Of a stretch of DNA of 64,000 bases, positions 62,810 to 64,000 are shown in pieces. The position numbers were made by a program, and so were the translations under genes. Origin of the DNA: a bacterium. Lineage in GTDB: Bacteria; Desulfobacterota; Binatia; HRBIN30; CADEER01. Position 1 is the stretch's first letter. Each line of letters starts with the position of its first letter. The notes under the pieces were generated by a model. It saw only the letters and a program-made list of their open reading frames with translations. It searched no databases and was not told where the DNA came from. The stretch is taken from NCBI GenBank assembly GCA_019637795.1, contig JAHBUY010000003.1:7409-71408 (forward strand). Direction: 5' to 3'.

Positions 62810-64000
62810 ATGGTCTCGCCGCGGCGTCGCCCCGTCGAGGTGGTCGAGTCCGGCGCCGCCGGCGCCCGCCTCGCCGCCGCCGAGGCGTTCCTCGACCGCG
62901 TCGCCGCCGATGGCGAGGTGGTGATCGTCGGCGCCTCGCGCGACGCGGCCGACGAGCTGGCGCGGCGCGTCGCGCGCCGCCGCCGGGCCGCCGTCGGCCT
63001 GCACCGCTTCACCCTGACGCAACTGGCCGCCCGCCTGGCGGCGCCGGCGACCAGCGCCGCCGGCCGCGCCCCCTGCACGGCGCTGGCGGCGCACGCGGTG
63101 ACGGCGCGGGCCGCCTTCGACGCGCTCGCCGCCGGCCGCCTGCCCTACTTCGCGCCCGTCGCCGAGACGCCCGGGTTCACCCGCACCCTCGCCGACACGA
63201 TCGGCGAACTGCGCGCCGCCGGCCTCGACGCCGCCGCGCTGGCCGCCGCGCCGGCGCCCGTCGACCAGCTCGCCGCCGTCCTCGCCGCCTACCAGGCGCA
63301 GCTCGCGACCGCCGGGCTCGCCGATCGCGCGGCGCTCCTCGCCGCCGCCGGCGCCGCCGTCGGCGGCGCGCCCGCCGATCCGCTGATCGGCCTGCCGCTG
63401 CTGCTGCTCGACGTGCCGTTCGACAGCCGCGCCGAGCGCGCCTTCGCGGAGCGCCTGGTGGCCGCCGCGCCGCGGGCGCTGATCACCCTCCCGGCGGGCG
63501 ACGACTCGCCCTGGCGCGCGGCGGCCGCGGCCGACGAGCCGGCGCCCGCCACCAGCCTCGCCCGCCTGCAGCGCTACCTGTTCGCCGACAGCGAGCCGCC
63601 CCCCGCCGAGCCGGACGATTCGCTGCAGCTCTTCTCCGCTCCCGGCGAGGGCCGCGAGGCGGTCGAGATCGCCCGCCGGGTGCTCGCCGAGGCGCGGGCC
63701 GGCACGCCGTTCGACCAGATGGCCGTGTTCCTGCGCGCCCCCGAGACCTACGCGGCGCTGCTCGAGACGGCGCTGCGCCGCGCCGGCGTGCCGGCGTGGT
63801 TCGCCCGCGGCACGCGCCGCCCCAACCCCGCCGGTCGCGCCTTCCTCGCCCTCCTCGCCTGCGCCGGCGAGCGGCTCTCGGCCCGGCGCTTCGCCGAATA
63901 CCTCTCGCTCGGCCAGGTGCCGCGCGACGCCCCCGCCGCGGCGTGGGTGCCGCCACGGGACGAGGCGCTCGCGGTCGGCCCGACGCCAGCCGAGGCGGCG
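62810..64000 (+). CDS. AddB-like PD-(D/E)XK helicase-nuclease family protein, N-terminal part (runs off the right edge)
   Basis: My own translation from the ATG at 62810 resembles alphaproteobacterial-type AddB N-termini (VVIVGASRDAADEL, PGFTRTLADTIGELRAAGLD, QMAVFLRAPETYAALLETALRRAGVPAWFARG). There is no stop before 64000. Confidence 0.5.
   Translation, partial: MVSPRRRPVEVVESGAAGARLAAAEAFLDRVAADGEVVIVGASRDAADELARRVARRRRAAVGLHRFTLTQLAARLAAPATSAAGRAPCTALAAHAVTARAAFDALAAGRLPYFAPVAETPGFTRTLADTIGELRAAGLDAAALAAAPAPVDQLAAVLAAYQAQLATAGLADRAALLAAAGAAVGGAPADPLIGLPLLLLDVPFDSRAERAFAERLVAAAPRALITLPAGDDSPWRAAAAADEPAPATSLARLQRYLFADSEPPPAEPDDSLQLFSAPGEGREAVEIARRVLAEARAGTPFDQMAVFLRAPETYAALLETALRRAGVPAWFARGTRRPNPAGRAFLALLACAGERLSARRFAEYLSLGQVPRDAPAAAWVPPRDEALAVGPTPAEAA

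Overview
High-GC (about 70%) bacterial chromosomal window. Myxococcus-type cysteine-rich repeats, a MYXO-CTERM-like sorting tail and DUF1566 proteins suggest a myxobacterial or related deltaproteobacterial lineage (inference).

Content, left to right:
1. A type I-G (I-U)-like CRISPR-Cas module: a partial cas3 with helicase followed by a C-terminal HD domain on the minus strand, divergent from cas2, a cas4-cas1 fusion and a 33-repeat CRISPR array. No Cascade genes lie in the window.
2. A small set of housekeeping and redox genes (AKR, DUF1428, SDR).
3. A roughly 16 kb exopolysaccharide locus of 17 genes on the minus strand, apparently one translationally coupled operon. It is headed by a NusG paralog and includes Wza, Wzz, a GspA-like ATPase, LysM, a priming glycosylphosphotransferase, Wzy, Wzx, three glycosyltransferases, an epimerase and a sulfotransferase.
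4. A PAS-GAF histidine kinase, an amidase, the mrpACDEFG antiporter operon, gatCAB and cysK. cysK is preceded by an odd AT-rich hairpin made of octamer tandem repeats.
5. An acyltransferase-3, a natural BVMO-esterase fusion, and a secreted PD40/double-dockerin protein beside a cohesin-like protein with a MYXO-CTERM-like tail.
6. infA and a heme/siroheme operon (hemB, cobA-hemD, hemC, hemA, ccsA-like, sirC).
7. A scrambled accessory patch, the most notable item, carrying a BrnT/BrnA toxin-antitoxin pair and the fossil of a diversity-generating retroelement (DGR). The parts are a truncated RT, an AAC-rich template repeat, an avd N-terminal stub, and a DUF1566 target gene whose 3' variable region differs from the template mainly at adenines. 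A 170-bp copy of the sirC promoter and 5' end is embedded in this patch.
8. A DsbA-like gene and a partial AddB-like gene at the right edge.

Many other long ORFs in the six-frame track are GC-driven artefacts, mostly antisense to real genes.
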